NCBI GenBank assembly: GCA_028534125.1 | Contig: CM052817.1 | Coordinates: 52,826,001-52,890,000, forward strand | Reading direction: 5' to 3' | From: Lama glama | Lineage: Eukaryota | DNA: 64,000 nucleotides | In this document: positions 52,737-64,000 of the stretch, one piece after another | Numbering within the stretch: the first letter of the stretch is position 1 | Layout: each line of letters starts with the position of its first letter | The notes under the pieces: model-generated | What the model was told of the DNA's origin: nothing | What the model saw: only the letters and a program-made list of their open reading frames with translations | Database searches by the model: none | Made by a program: the position numbers and the translations under genes

Positions 52737-54649
52737 TTATCTATCTGTTTTAAGTATCTCATAGAAATATATGTATTATATATAATACTCTAAGATACAT
52801 ATATCTATAAGATACTTAGAATAGATTTATAAATACATATAGCCCCTGCTATATATATAGCAGAAATAACATTTAGAAAACAGAAATAATCACTCATTGG
52901 TTATATTCAGAATATATGAAAGAAATCAATCTTAGCTAAACATTTTGGTGTACACAAAATTTAACATGTAAGTTTAACAAAATTTAAGTTAAATTAATAA
53001 TTAACATTAATTGATTTTCCCTTCCCTTTGCATCAAAAAAAAGCTCATACATTTTTATATAGATATTCTTTGAAAACACAGAGTCTAATTTACAAGTTGT
53101 AATAACATATATACCCTAAATCTTGAATTAAAATGGCAGGGAGCACAATTTGTATAAAAAATATCTTCTGTATGCACAATAATACAAAAGTAATTTTCAC
53201 TCTGTTGTGAGATCAGTTCCCATATCATTTCTGCTGTGCTTCATTATTAGTTAAAAGAATCATTTCTAAAATGTGTGGATGTCAAATTTACCACTGTAAT
53301 ATTCTTTACATAAGATTAACAAATACCACTATGAAAAACATGACATAAGAAATGTCTTATGTTGTATCAAACAGCCTATCTCAGAAATAATTTAAAATAA
53401 AACGAACAGCAAAACCATAACAAAACTTTGATGAAGCCTAACTATATAATTCTAGTTACTTTATTAAAAAAAAAAAAGATGGTACTGATTTACAGCTTAC
53501 AAACTTTCACTCAATCCACAAGTTGCTTAGGACTGATCAAACTGCAGCTTGTACACGTAGTATTTTCATTGTGAAACTGCTTTCAGTATAAATAGCTAAT
53601 CCATATGCTTTATTTTTCATTTTTAAAGATCAAGGCTATTCCATCTCAAGTTTCAACTTTTTTTCTTGAGAGTGATCTTAGATTTCATCATTCTAGTATG
53701 ATGCATAAATAAATATGAATTAATTTTGGAAAGAAATACTACAATGTACCAAACACTTAAAAAACATCAATGTAAGTAACTTTATTTGTTGTTTTAAAAT
53801 TATTTGTAAAATAATTTATTACATACCTTTTATTTTCAGAAAATATAAATTGATGCGTCATCTGGAAGTTCTTCCAAAGTATATAGAACATGTAGAATAA
53901 TGCTTAGAAGTAACTATGCTAATGGTTTGTTTAAAGATGTATCCTATATGTCTGTCTAAATGTAGATGATCTCCTAAATCATTCAGGACAGATTTTATAT
54001 TCTATATTTTTACTGAAACTATTTTTTAGCAGTGAATTTACTATATATAATGTACTTCAGAAATTATAATAGAAATATGAATATTAATAAATATTCATCC
54101 CTCCCAGGAAATTGTGACCTTGAATTTGATGGCTGGTTATTACATAATTATTATCCTGCTTGTAGTATCATATAATTTTATGGATTTTAAAATATGTACT
54201 GCAAGTAATATTTTCCTCTCCCTCTATCCTATTTTAAGAGTTATTACTTATAAAAGTCCTATTAACTTCATGTAAATTCAAATTCACTATTTATAAATGT
54301 TAGCCTCTAAAGTAAGACCAACTTAATTCTCTCATAAATTAAGAGGACAAAGAAATTCATTTTTTAAACACCAAAAATTTACTTCCAGCCTTGACATCAA
54401 GGCATAATGCTTTATTTTTTTGGTTTTATAGGATTATCTGAAATTACTTTTGTAGTAGTCAACTGAAAGTACATTTTTTCTTTTCAAGTTATCTAAAAAA
54501 TTAATGGAATTATTGCTTATCCACTGAGATAAAATATACTCATGCAATTGTACTTAAATTTTACTCTAAATAAGAGTTGGTATATGAAAATGAGTTATTA
54601 ATCAAGTAAGTTATTAACACACTATTTACTCTATCAAATATTATGCAGA

Positions 54650-55100
54650 ATTATTAACTATAAGACTTATAAGGAGTCTTAGAAACCATCTAATACCATT
54701 GTATTCCTGAAGAGGGGAACATTCTATATTATTCCTAAAGAGTTGGAATTTAAAGTCTTCACTTACATCAGTCAAGTTAAGAGAAGCTCATTCTTTCCTA
54801 GGGAAGATTATTCTCAAATACATGACCTGAAGAGTTGTTCTCCAGGTTTAAACATTTTATAATCTCTATCTGTTTATTCTGAATGATTTGGTATCATGAT
54901 GTCTTCTTTTAGACAGCAACATGCTAAATATCCAGAGTCCTCTTGATTTTCTTTTCTAAAGTGTACTTGTCCATTTATTAATTTTTTCATCATAAAGTTT
55001 TTATTGTTCTTTTAATGAAGAACATTATGATGTCAAAGTTCCTATTAAAGTTTGAGATTCATAACTTAAAGACAAATCATGCTGTGATTTGATGGCCCAT
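54650..55100 (-). mobile_element. L3/CR1 LINE remnant
   Basis: AAGGAGTCTTAGAAACCATCTAATACC...AGAGAAGCTCATTCTTTCCTAGGG resembles the antisense L3 3' end. Confidence 0.4.
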
Positions 55101-55849
55101 ATATTCCTGCAGCCTAAAATCACAATACATCTTTAAAAAATAAAGCCAAACAAACGACTCTCCTTTATTTTTTACATAGAAAGGTAAGGATATAACATTC
55201 AAATCTTCATTTTCTTATTTGCATTTTTAAATTGTATACAAGACTCCCTTCCTATCCTTATGGAAATTATTCTCTTAGATTAAATATATAATTTCACTCT
55301 TCAGAGAATATCAACCTATAAAAAAGATCAGTGCCTACAAATTTCACCATACTGCCTTACACAAGAATTCAAGAGCAAACAATGGTAATGGTAATTAAAA
55401 TATATGTTTTAATAAAGCCATAATTAAAGTAGTATGGAAACACTGAGGAAAGAGCAACTAATCTGATTACAAATTGCAATGCATGCCACCTTCTTAATGT
55501 CACATTCATCTAGAGATTTCCTTGATCTGAGATACTCCCCTTCATGCACTGATGGTTTGCACACTTGGTTCACTGTATTTCTCTTCATTAATATTTCTGA
55601 CATCATTCTGAGGAACTTCAGTATTCATAATGATGACACTTCCCTAGACCTCTTATCATGACTAAATAGTTTATTTCTCATGATTAATTTCACCCCAGCT
55701 CAGTCACCACCTATAAAATCACAGCTTCTAGTTAGCATTGCCTAATGCTGCTCCACCTCCCAATAAAATCCAAGTTTTTTCTCTGTAATGAGAAGATCAT
55801 ATTCTTACTTGTTCAACGATCCCCACCAAGTGGTGGTCGTATACTAGAG

Positions 55850-57290
55850 AAGATGTCTTTACTTTATGCAAACTGTATCAATATCTTCCATAATTTTGAA
55901 GTGTTTTCCTCATAGATGTTTTCATTCTTTTTGCCGTTTATTTCTAAATGCTTTATCTTTTTTGTTGCTAATGTGAATAGATTTTTTTCTTCAATTATGC
56001 CTTTTAAATTATTATTTTAAGTATATATTAAAGGCTATTTTGGGGCCAATTTTATACCTTGTTAGATTGTTAAATTCTTTTTTCTCTGTTTCAGTTTTAG
56101 CATTAATTTTCTTCATATTCTAGGTATATTATTTGTAAATAGATTGTTATTTCTTCTCTTCTGTTTCTTATGGCTCTTTTTGTTTTCTAATTGCATTGGC
56201 TGACGTATCATTACTATTTTTAAATGGTAATGAATAGAGAGAGCATTTTTTCTCTTATTTTTGACTTTAGCAGGAATGACGTTAGTGTTGCAAGTAAGAT
56301 AGCAACATAATATGTTGGATGACAAATAGATACATAAATAGATGATAAGTAACTATATAGATGATAGGTGTGACAAAACCAGGAATGGTTGTTAAATTTG
56401 TTGACTCACTATTCAGGATACTAAAGATAACCACATGACTTTTCAGATATATTTAGTGGTGAATCATGTTATTGAGTTATTCTTGCAGTTTTGCATTAAA
56501 CACCATTTAATTATAATGTATAATTTTAATGTATTTTGGGGTTCTTTTTGTTAATATTTCAATTTTTGAATCACTAAATCAATGTTCATCTTATTTTATT
56601 AAAATAATATTTAATCATATTTCTTCATATATGATGCAGACAGTTTAAATACCTGTCAGAGAGTACCATGATGATATGGCTTTTCACATTTTGATAGAAT
56701 TTATCTGTAACACCATTTAGATTTGGTTGATTGTTGTAAGGGTAGATGAAATAATATGCTCTATATCTTTAATGTGAAATTTATTTAATTAAACTCCCTT
56801 TCTTTACAGCATTCATTTTTTGATCAATTATGTTTTCTTTGGAAATTTTCCATATCATCTAAGAGAGCATCAGCACATTATAACCTAGGGCAAAATATGG
56901 CCATGCTCATTCATTTGTGCCTTGTCTATGGCTGTTTTCACACTAAAATGGCAGAGTTGAATTGTTGAGACAGTTTTGACTCACATACCTGAAAATGTTT
57001 ACTATCTGGACCTACATTGAAAAAGGTTTCTGATCTCTAACCTACATTAACAAATGTTTTTGACTAATTTTGAGCAAGTCAATCTCTGTTTTTAAATTTT
57101 TCTTTGTTTTGATAGTTATTCCTCTTTGACATTTATTTTGCATATTTGTGCTCCTTTCATAGTTAAAAAATTAATCAGTTTCATTTTTCTATTTTATAAC
57201 TTATTAACTTATGCTTTTTATTATTCTATTCCTTTTTCTTTTTTCTAATTCTTTAAAGACATCTTTTTTTTTAGATTTTTGTGTGTAGAA
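55850..57290 (-). mobile_element. Old L1ME ORF2 remnant, interrupted by MER58
   Basis: TTTATTTCTAAATGCTTTATCTTTTTTGTTGCTAATGTGAATAG...TCTAATTGCATTGGCTG...TGACTTTAGCAGGAATG. Confidence 0.65.
56885..57040. mobile_element. MER58A hAT-Charlie transposon
   Basis: GCCATGCTCATTCATTTG...GTCTATGGCTGTTTTCACACTAAAATGGCAGAGTTGAATTGTTGAGACAG...TTTACTATCTGG. Confidence 0.85.
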
Positions 57291-57305
57291 TTTTCATTAT
57301 CATGG

Positions 57306-58880
57306 CTTTTTTTAAAAACATTTTATATTGATTTTTAATCATTTTACAATGTTGTGTCAAATTCCAGTGTAGAGCACAATTTTTCAGTCATACATGAACA
57401 TATATATATTCATTGAGACATTTTTTTCTCTGTGAGCTTCCATAAGATCTTGTGTATATTTCCCTGTGCTATACAGTATAATCTTGTTTATCTACTCTAC
57501 AATTTTGAAATCCCGTCTATCCCTTCCCACCCTCTGCCCCCTTGGCAACAACAAGTTTGTATTCTATGTCTATGAGTCTATTTCTGTTTTGTATTTATGC
57601 TTTTGTTGTTGTTGTTTTTGTTTTTGTTTTAGATTCCACATATGAGCAATCTCATATGGTATTTTTCTTTCTCTTTCTGGCTTACTTCACTTAGAATGAC
57701 ATTCTCCAGGAGCATCAATGTTGCTGCAAATGGCGTATGTTGTTGGTTTTTATGGCTGAATAGTATTCTATTGTATAAATATACAACTTCTTCTTTATCC
57801 AGTCATCTGTTGATGGACATTTAGGCTGTTTCCATGTCTTGGCTATTGTAAATAGTGCAGCTATGAATATTGGGGTGCAGGTGTCATCCTGAAGTAGGGT
57901 TCCTTCTGGATACAAGCCCAGGAGTGGGATTCCTGGGTCATATGGTAAGTCTATTCCTAATCTTTTGAGGAATCTCCATACTGTTTTCCACAGTGGCTGC
58001 ACCAAACTGCATTCCTACCAGCAGTGTAGGAGGGTTCCCCTTTCTCCACAGCCTCTCCAGCATTTGTCATTTGTGTATTTTTGAATGATGGCCATTCTGA
58101 CTGGTGTGAGGTGATGCCTCATTGTAGTTTTGATTTGCATTTCTCTGGTCATTAGCAATATTGAGCATTTTTTAATGTGCCTATTGGCCATTTGTATGTC
58201 TTCCTGGGGTAATGTTTGTTTAGGTTCTGCCCATTATTGACTTGGGTTGTTTGGTTTTTTTGTTATTGAATTACATGAGCTGTTTGTTTATTCTGGAAAA
58301 TAAGCCCTTGTCAATCACATCATTTGAGAATATTTTCTCTCATTTCATAGTATGTCTTTTCATTTTGTTTATGGTTTCCTTTGCTATGCAAAAGCTTGTA
58401 AGTTTGATTATATCCCATTTGTTTATTTTTGCTTTTATTTTTATTGCCTCAGTAGACTGCCCTAGGAGAATTTCACTGAGAGTTATGTCAGAGAATGTAT
58501 TGCCGTGTTCTCTTTTAAGAGGTTTATGGTGTATTGTCTCATGTTTAAGTATTTAAGCCATTTTGAGTTTACTTTTATGTATAGTGTGAGGGAGTGTTCT
58601 AACTTCATTGATTTACATGCAGCTGTCCAGCTTTCCTGACAGTACTTGCAAAAGAGACTATTTTCTCCATGGCATATTCTTGCCTCATTTATTGAAGATT
58701 AATTGACTGTAGATGTGTGGGTTTATTTCTGGGCTCTCTATTCTGTTCCATTGATCCATAAGTCTATTTTTCTACCAATACCATGATGTTTTGATTACTG
58801 TAGCTCTGTAGTATTGTCTAAAGTCTGGCAGGGTTATGACTCTAGCTTTGTTTTTTTTCTTCAATATTGGTTCGGCAATT
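57306..58880 (-). mobile_element. Young camelid-type L1, 5'-truncated (3' UTR and ~1.2 kb of ORF2 C-terminus)
   Basis: ORF 57715-58005 reads [32 protein letters not shown]...TCTPIFIAALFTIAKTWKQPKCPSTDDWIKK, the L1 ORF2 C-terminus; T-run at the left end. Confidence 0.95.
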
Positions 58881-58943
58881 TCATTTAGTTTTATATTACT
58901 TTACTTTATATATATCTCATATATACCAGATATGCCTGGGATT

Positions 58944-59505
58944 TGTGTTCTGTAGTTCAATCAAGGAAGGTAGAACTACTGTGACTGATATAAAATAAAG
59001 GATATACTATAGAAATTGGTTCTGAAGTATTTGAGGATTACATGAAGACATCTATGGGAGGTTCTTGCCTCTTTTGTCAGATGATGAGCCTGAAGCAGAT
59101 GAGGGTCTAGAGCAATAGTAATCAGAAAGGAACACTAGATGTGATGTGGGAAATTGTGAGGATCAATAAGAAAAACTTGAACCAATGAGTTCAAACTGGC
59201 CTCCAACCTCCATGACATGGACAGCCTACAGAAAACTCTGGCTCTCTTTTTCATTAAGTGGCATAGACACATCCCAGAACAAAGAGAAATTGAAGGAAGA
59301 GATCTAATAGGATCTGGAGGAGCTCAGATCCAGCTGTTGCTCCTTGCTAACAAAGCAATTTAGAGTCTAGTGCTCTACACCAGACTTCACAGCATTATGT
59401 CTGTTGTTTCATATCACTTTTCAAATTTAACATAAATTTCTCTGGTAGTAAATCATAATCTTGGTACATACAGTGAAATGCACTTGCAGCTTACCTAAGT
59501 TAAAA
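58944..59505 (-). mobile_element. ERVL-class LTR (LTR50-like)
   Basis: TGTGTTCTGTAGTTCAATCAAGGAAGGTAGAACTACTGTG...GATGAGCCTGAAG...AAATTGAAGGAAGAGATCTAATAGGATCTGGAGGAGCT. Confidence 0.6.
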
Positions 59506-59944
59506 GTAGTTCAAAAAGAAAAATAAACTAAAGTATTTACAGAGATAGGCACATACATTGTGCTGTGTAAATTTTGTTGGCTGCTGTAATATAGAAAAAT
59601 CTAAAACATATCTTAATTATCATCTATATTTACAATATAAATGGATAATAATCTTAAAAGTCCAGTCTTTTTTATGACCAGCTTTAGATGATTTACTTTC
59701 ATTGACTTAATTATATGATAGAGAGGAAACATTGTAATCAATATATAGACATAATTTAATGAGACTGTGTATATAGTTTTTCAGGAAATTAATCGCATAG
59801 GTGTTCACTTCAAAGTAAGCACTAATTAAAATACTTAAATATGGATCAAGGTGTTCTAAAATAGATAATGCCTATCATATAGTTTGTTTAGAATTTGTGA
59901 AATAAAATATGTTTAAGATTTCAATCACTCTTATGGAGAGATAT

Positions 59945-60075
59945 AATTATATTCTTATTTTATAGACTAGTATGCTGAATCTTAGAGAGTTTCAGTGGCT
60001 TGGCCAAGTTCACAAAGTGGAAGAGCCAGGATCCAATTTCCAGACACCCTCACTCTAAAACCAGAGTCTTTTCAT
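59945..60075 (-). mobile_element. MIR SINE
   Basis: TTATTTTATAGACTAG...CTTAGAGAGTTTCAGTGGCTTGGCCAAGTTCACA...AGAGCCAGGATCCAA. Confidence 0.7.
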
Positions 60076-60944
60076 TATGCTACATTGATTCAGTTTAAAA
60101 CAGATGAAGGCAGGATGTAAGCCATAGTCACCATTTGTGCTTAAAGACTGAAAGAATAAATATTTGACAAATAAGTTTACTAATAAATTAAAAAAGAATG
60201 GATAAACTAAGTAATAGTTGAGACAGTTAATGAAACATTGATTAAAATTACGAATAACCTTCATAGAACCTTAGAGATTCTTATTTCAGGCATGGAGGAT
60301 TTTTTTTTTTAATATTTCTGGGGTCATTCGGTTTTGTCTTAGTGATGAAATCTGATTTATAAGAAACAAACTCAACAGCCACTGAATACTAGAGAGTCAT
60401 TTGGATATGTGAAAAATTCTAACATAACTTTTAGAAAGTTAGGAAATAAAAAGAGAATAAAAAGGAAAAGACCACATTAAAGAACAATATATTAAATCAA
60501 AAATTTCAATAAAGAAAATATTTTGTATTCTTGAAGTGAAAATTTGCTTATTCATCTAATATGCGGAGTTTTTTTTACAATTTCTATCATGAAGGACCTC
60601 AACTTATAAATCAACAAAAAATTATTTCTAAGTTATTCTTTGATCACTCTCTTTTATTAGAAACTTGAGATTCATAACTTGCTGAGGACATTATATTAAC
60701 TCTTGTAAATGAGCTTTATGGACAAAGTTCCTGTCCTTTGAAAGCTTTATGAACTAAGGTAGCTAGTACACTGTGGTTGCAGAAGCAGAACACCAATTTA
60801 TTAAACTAGTTTCTAATGGTAATATGTTAAATTCACTTTCAAGTAAAAAATGTATGTTGAAAAAATGGTGTCAAGATATGTAATGCTAGAAGACTCTCCT
60901 ATGTATCCTGGAAATTAAAGATGTTGTTATTAGGAGAAAACAGT

Positions 60945-61140
60945 GCTGTGTAGGAGTTTGGAATCAGACAGATTTTTGTAGTGATAGTTTGATAGTTTGA
61001 TCCTTCATAATTATGTGACCTTGAGGAAGTTAAAAAAATCACACTAAGCTTCTCTATCTTTATCTGTGAATATAGATGGTGTTAAGTATCTCACGACAAT
61101 TTTTCCAGGATAAATTAGCAGATTTTAATATTTAGTAAAT
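60945..61140 (+). mobile_element. MIR SINE
   Basis: TTTGGAATCAGACAGATT...TATGTGACCTTGAGGAAGTT...CTAAGCTTC...TTATCTGTGAATATAG. Confidence 0.65.
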
Positions 61141-62479
61141 AATCCATTCCTAGAGCTTTATTTTTCCTGAATTATAATTAAATAAATTATGGTAAACATT
61201 ATCGATTAAAACACATCATGAGTTAAAGTTTTACTTTACAGTTTTATTCACAATTCTGACAAAGTCTGCTCATTAATAAGATCAATTTCAAAATCTCCTT
61301 TAATTTACTAGTTTTCTCTAAGAGCAGTTTCCGTTGGAGATTTGCATATGACTACCTACAACTCATCACTGAAATTGTTCTAATGTAATCTCTATAGAGA
61401 TGGGATATGAATCTAGTTGTCCTTAGGGCTTTATTTCCTTTTCCCTTTGGGTAGTTGATCATAGCTGGCCCAGGTGGATTGAACCAGTCTTTATTGGAAA
61501 AAGACCTTTGCCTGAGGTTAGCGTTCTTGGTACGCAATGTGTTTGGAGGACCCTAGAACTATAGTTCTTGACCCTTGGAATACATGTTCTTTGCTTTTTC
61601 TTCTGGGTCTGGACGTACTTCTGCATCCCAGAGAAACTAGGCACTTTCTATTCCCTATTATGTTAACCTATAAATACACATTACAGCATAGCTGTGGGGT
61701 ACGTTCGTTCTTTTGAAGTATTCTCTGTCCTTTGCGCAGCCTGCCAACCCTGGGAAGGACATTTCTGCTAGAAATGTGGCAAGGAATATACAGAACATCA
61801 GTGCTATACTATGAAATAGTGAAAATTAAAAGAACTAAATGCATTATATTATTTCTTTGCCTGTAAATTTTCTCCAATGAATCCACCATGATATCTGAAA
61901 TAGGTCAAACAACTTTTGTGTATCTATATCCAACTTGAGTCAGAGAAGTCTAACCTGATTATCTTAGCTAAAGGACTGCCCAGACCTATTTTCCTATTTT
62001 ATTTTTATCACTATGACTATGTAAATACTTTACCTAGGAATTTATGTTTATATGATTGTAGTGACAAAATCACTGGCTACTTTGTTCACTGTTGTACCCT
62101 GAGGACTTTGAACTATATGAAGAACATACTAAACCCTTAATTTTCATTGACAAAGAACATGTGAAATAAATGTGGGAAAGTTTAGAAAAAAAGTACAAAG
62201 CACTAAACAATTACCTTGTCATACCTTCAAGGACTATTAGTACATTTAATATTATGACTTATATAGTAAATTCCTGAGAATATAAATTTAATAATGTACT
62301 AAATTCAGCACTATAGTGATGGAATATAAAAAGAGATGAGTAATATTTTTTCTCAATCCAATACTTTGGCAGACACTGATGGTTGTCCTCTACCACCATA
62401 TTTTTCTCCTTGAGGTTTAGAATCTCTTGAGTTTTGGGTGAGCACATACTACCTAACTAAAAATAATATTTCTCAGCAT

Positions 62480-62845
62480 ACCTTGGAGAAATGTGTTAAT
62501 ATGACCAGATTTTTTGCCAATGGAATAAAAGTGGAAGCCATATGTTACTTTTACATTTCAACTTTAAAGGAAAGGGGAGAACCCTTATTTTCTGTCACTT
62601 TTAAACCTGGCTTTGGGTGCAAATATGATGATGGAAAATGGAGTAGCCATCTTGTACCCAAATGGATGATGAAGATAGGTGCTGATTATGACAGAGAAAT
62701 AAGATAAAAAGACATTAAGCTTCTAACATTTAAAGGTGCTTTGTCAGTCTTCTTATACTCAGATTAGTAAGTCAAGATAAATACATGTCAGCTTTTGTAA
62801 GTCCTTCTGTTACAAGCTACAGCCTATAGCTTAACAAACTGCACA
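62480..62845 (+). mobile_element. Old MaLR LTR (MLT1J/K-like) remnant
   Basis: GATGATGGAAAATGGAGTAGCCATCTTGTACC...AAGATAAATACATG...TTCTGTTACAAGC. Confidence 0.45.
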
Positions 62846-63580
62846 TGTACTCGTAGCACTTCAGCCACCCATGTGGCTGTTATATTCTATCGTGGGTTCT
62901 GTTCGTTGCGGGTTTTGTGCAGCAAAAGTCCCACCGCAGAAGAACGAGATTACTCAAGACTCTATCAGGTCAAGAGAGTGAGAGGGAACCGAAGACCAAC
63001 TCCCCGAGCTCTTCCAAAGTTCTCGTATTTATTGAGAATAGTCAAACAAAGAATCAAAATAAAATACATCATAGGAATGAGTAAGAGGCATGGTGTATGT
63101 GCAGGGATGCAGGTCAGTAGTTTCAGTTTGTGAAAAACAGAAACATTATCATCTTAATTTATACTTAGAATGTTACAATATTGATAGTACAAATGGTTAT
63201 TTTAAACCTCAATCATGAGCAAGGTTACAGTGTTCTGAACAACTGATAATGAAAAACCAGACCACCACAGAGTCTCCATACAATGATCAGAAATCATCTA
63301 AGCATGAGAAGCAGCCCAGCTGTTCCCAGCTAAGGGCTAAGTCACAGTCTTCTGTGAGCAAGAGCAGCCTAGACTACCCGCCTACGCCTGATAAGCGAAG
63401 CATGTCCTTCCAGTTTGGGCAAGGGACGAGTTATGGTTTTCCATAAGCACAAGCAGCCCTGAATCTATGACCTCGAACTAAGCAAAGCAAGCAAAGCATG
63501 TCTCTGCTTTTTACGGCGAGGAGACAGATTGTAGCAGATTCCTGCTAGCAAAGCAGCTTCAAGGCAACTAAGCTGTTTCA
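62846..63580 (-). mobile_element. Young CpG-rich solo ERV LTR, probably lineage-specific
   Basis: Minus strand starts TGAAACAG at 63580, with TATAAA at 63158-63163 and AATAAA at 63028-63033 in the expected U3-R order. It is visibly richer in CpG than its flanks. Left boundary uncertain (62846-62900); no clean TSD found. Confidence 0.8.
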
Positions 63581-63812
63581 TAGATAAGATGGTGACTGGT
63601 ATTGAGAGTTTAATCTTTTAGACATTTTGCTTTGAAGTAGCAGTATAAAGACAAATATAGAAAGCATTGGTTTTGTTTATACATTTGATTATACATTTCT
63701 AATGTGCTTACGTAAAGGTGAGAATACATAAAGTTGAGGATATTATTTGGTAAAAGCAATCATTACAGTATCAAAATTTGTTAACCCAAGTTTGCGCTCC
63801 CACATTCTGTAC

Positions 63813-64000
63813 CAGAGCTGTTCAACAGAAATTTCTGGATTAAAGAAAATGTTCTGTATTTGGATTGTACAGTATGACATCCACTAGCCTCATGTGTCTA
63901 TTGAACATTTAAAATGTGGCTAGTGGAATTGGAGAAATGAATTGTTATTTTATTTTAATTAATTTAAATGTAATTAGCCACATGTGGCTAGTAGCTACCA
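63813..64000. mobile_element. MER3 hAT-Charlie transposon (runs off the window)
   Basis: CAGAGCTGTTCAACAGAAATTTCTG...CCACTAGCCTCATGTGTCTATTGAACATTTAAAATGTGGCTAGTG...AGCCACATGTGGCTAGTAGCTACCA. Confidence 0.9.

Noticed and set aside
53822..53915. Possible small coding exon (minus strand ...LYTLEELPDDASIYISENK followed by AG|GTATGT)
   Set aside because: No convincing polypyrimidine acceptor, no partner exons and no recognised protein; compatible with chance.
1..63580. The two young minus-strand LTRs as the ends of one giant provirus or composite element
   Set aside because: They share only short motifs and have different 5' ends (TGTGCTGG vs TGAAACAG). The 62 kb between them is ordinary ancient host DNA.

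Overview
This is an AT-rich, repeat-dense mammalian genomic window, either intergenic or deep intronic. It is probably from a camelid (alpaca/camel lineage): the young L1 3' ends resemble, from memory, camelid L1, and I see no Alu, B1, Bov-tA/BovB or PRE-1 SINEs. I find no protein-coding gene, tRNA/rRNA gene or CRISPR array. Every ORF with recognisable homology is a decayed retroelement fragment (L1 ORF2 C-terminus, ERV-L integrase). A probable ERV-L gag relic lies outside the ORF track. The window is a layered record of transposable elements: ancient MIR/L2/L3, MER DNA transposons, MaLR/ERVL/ERV1 LTRs and old L1M elements, plus young L1 3' ends and two young solo ERV LTRs at the two ends. There are two ~500-N scaffold gaps; the first is flanked by an identical 199-bp sequence and is probably an assembly artefact. 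A few non-repeat stretches carry motif clusters suggestive of enhancers. I did not find a credible novel biological system. Repeat subfamily names come from recall of consensus sequences, not from a search, and boundaries of old repeats are approximate.
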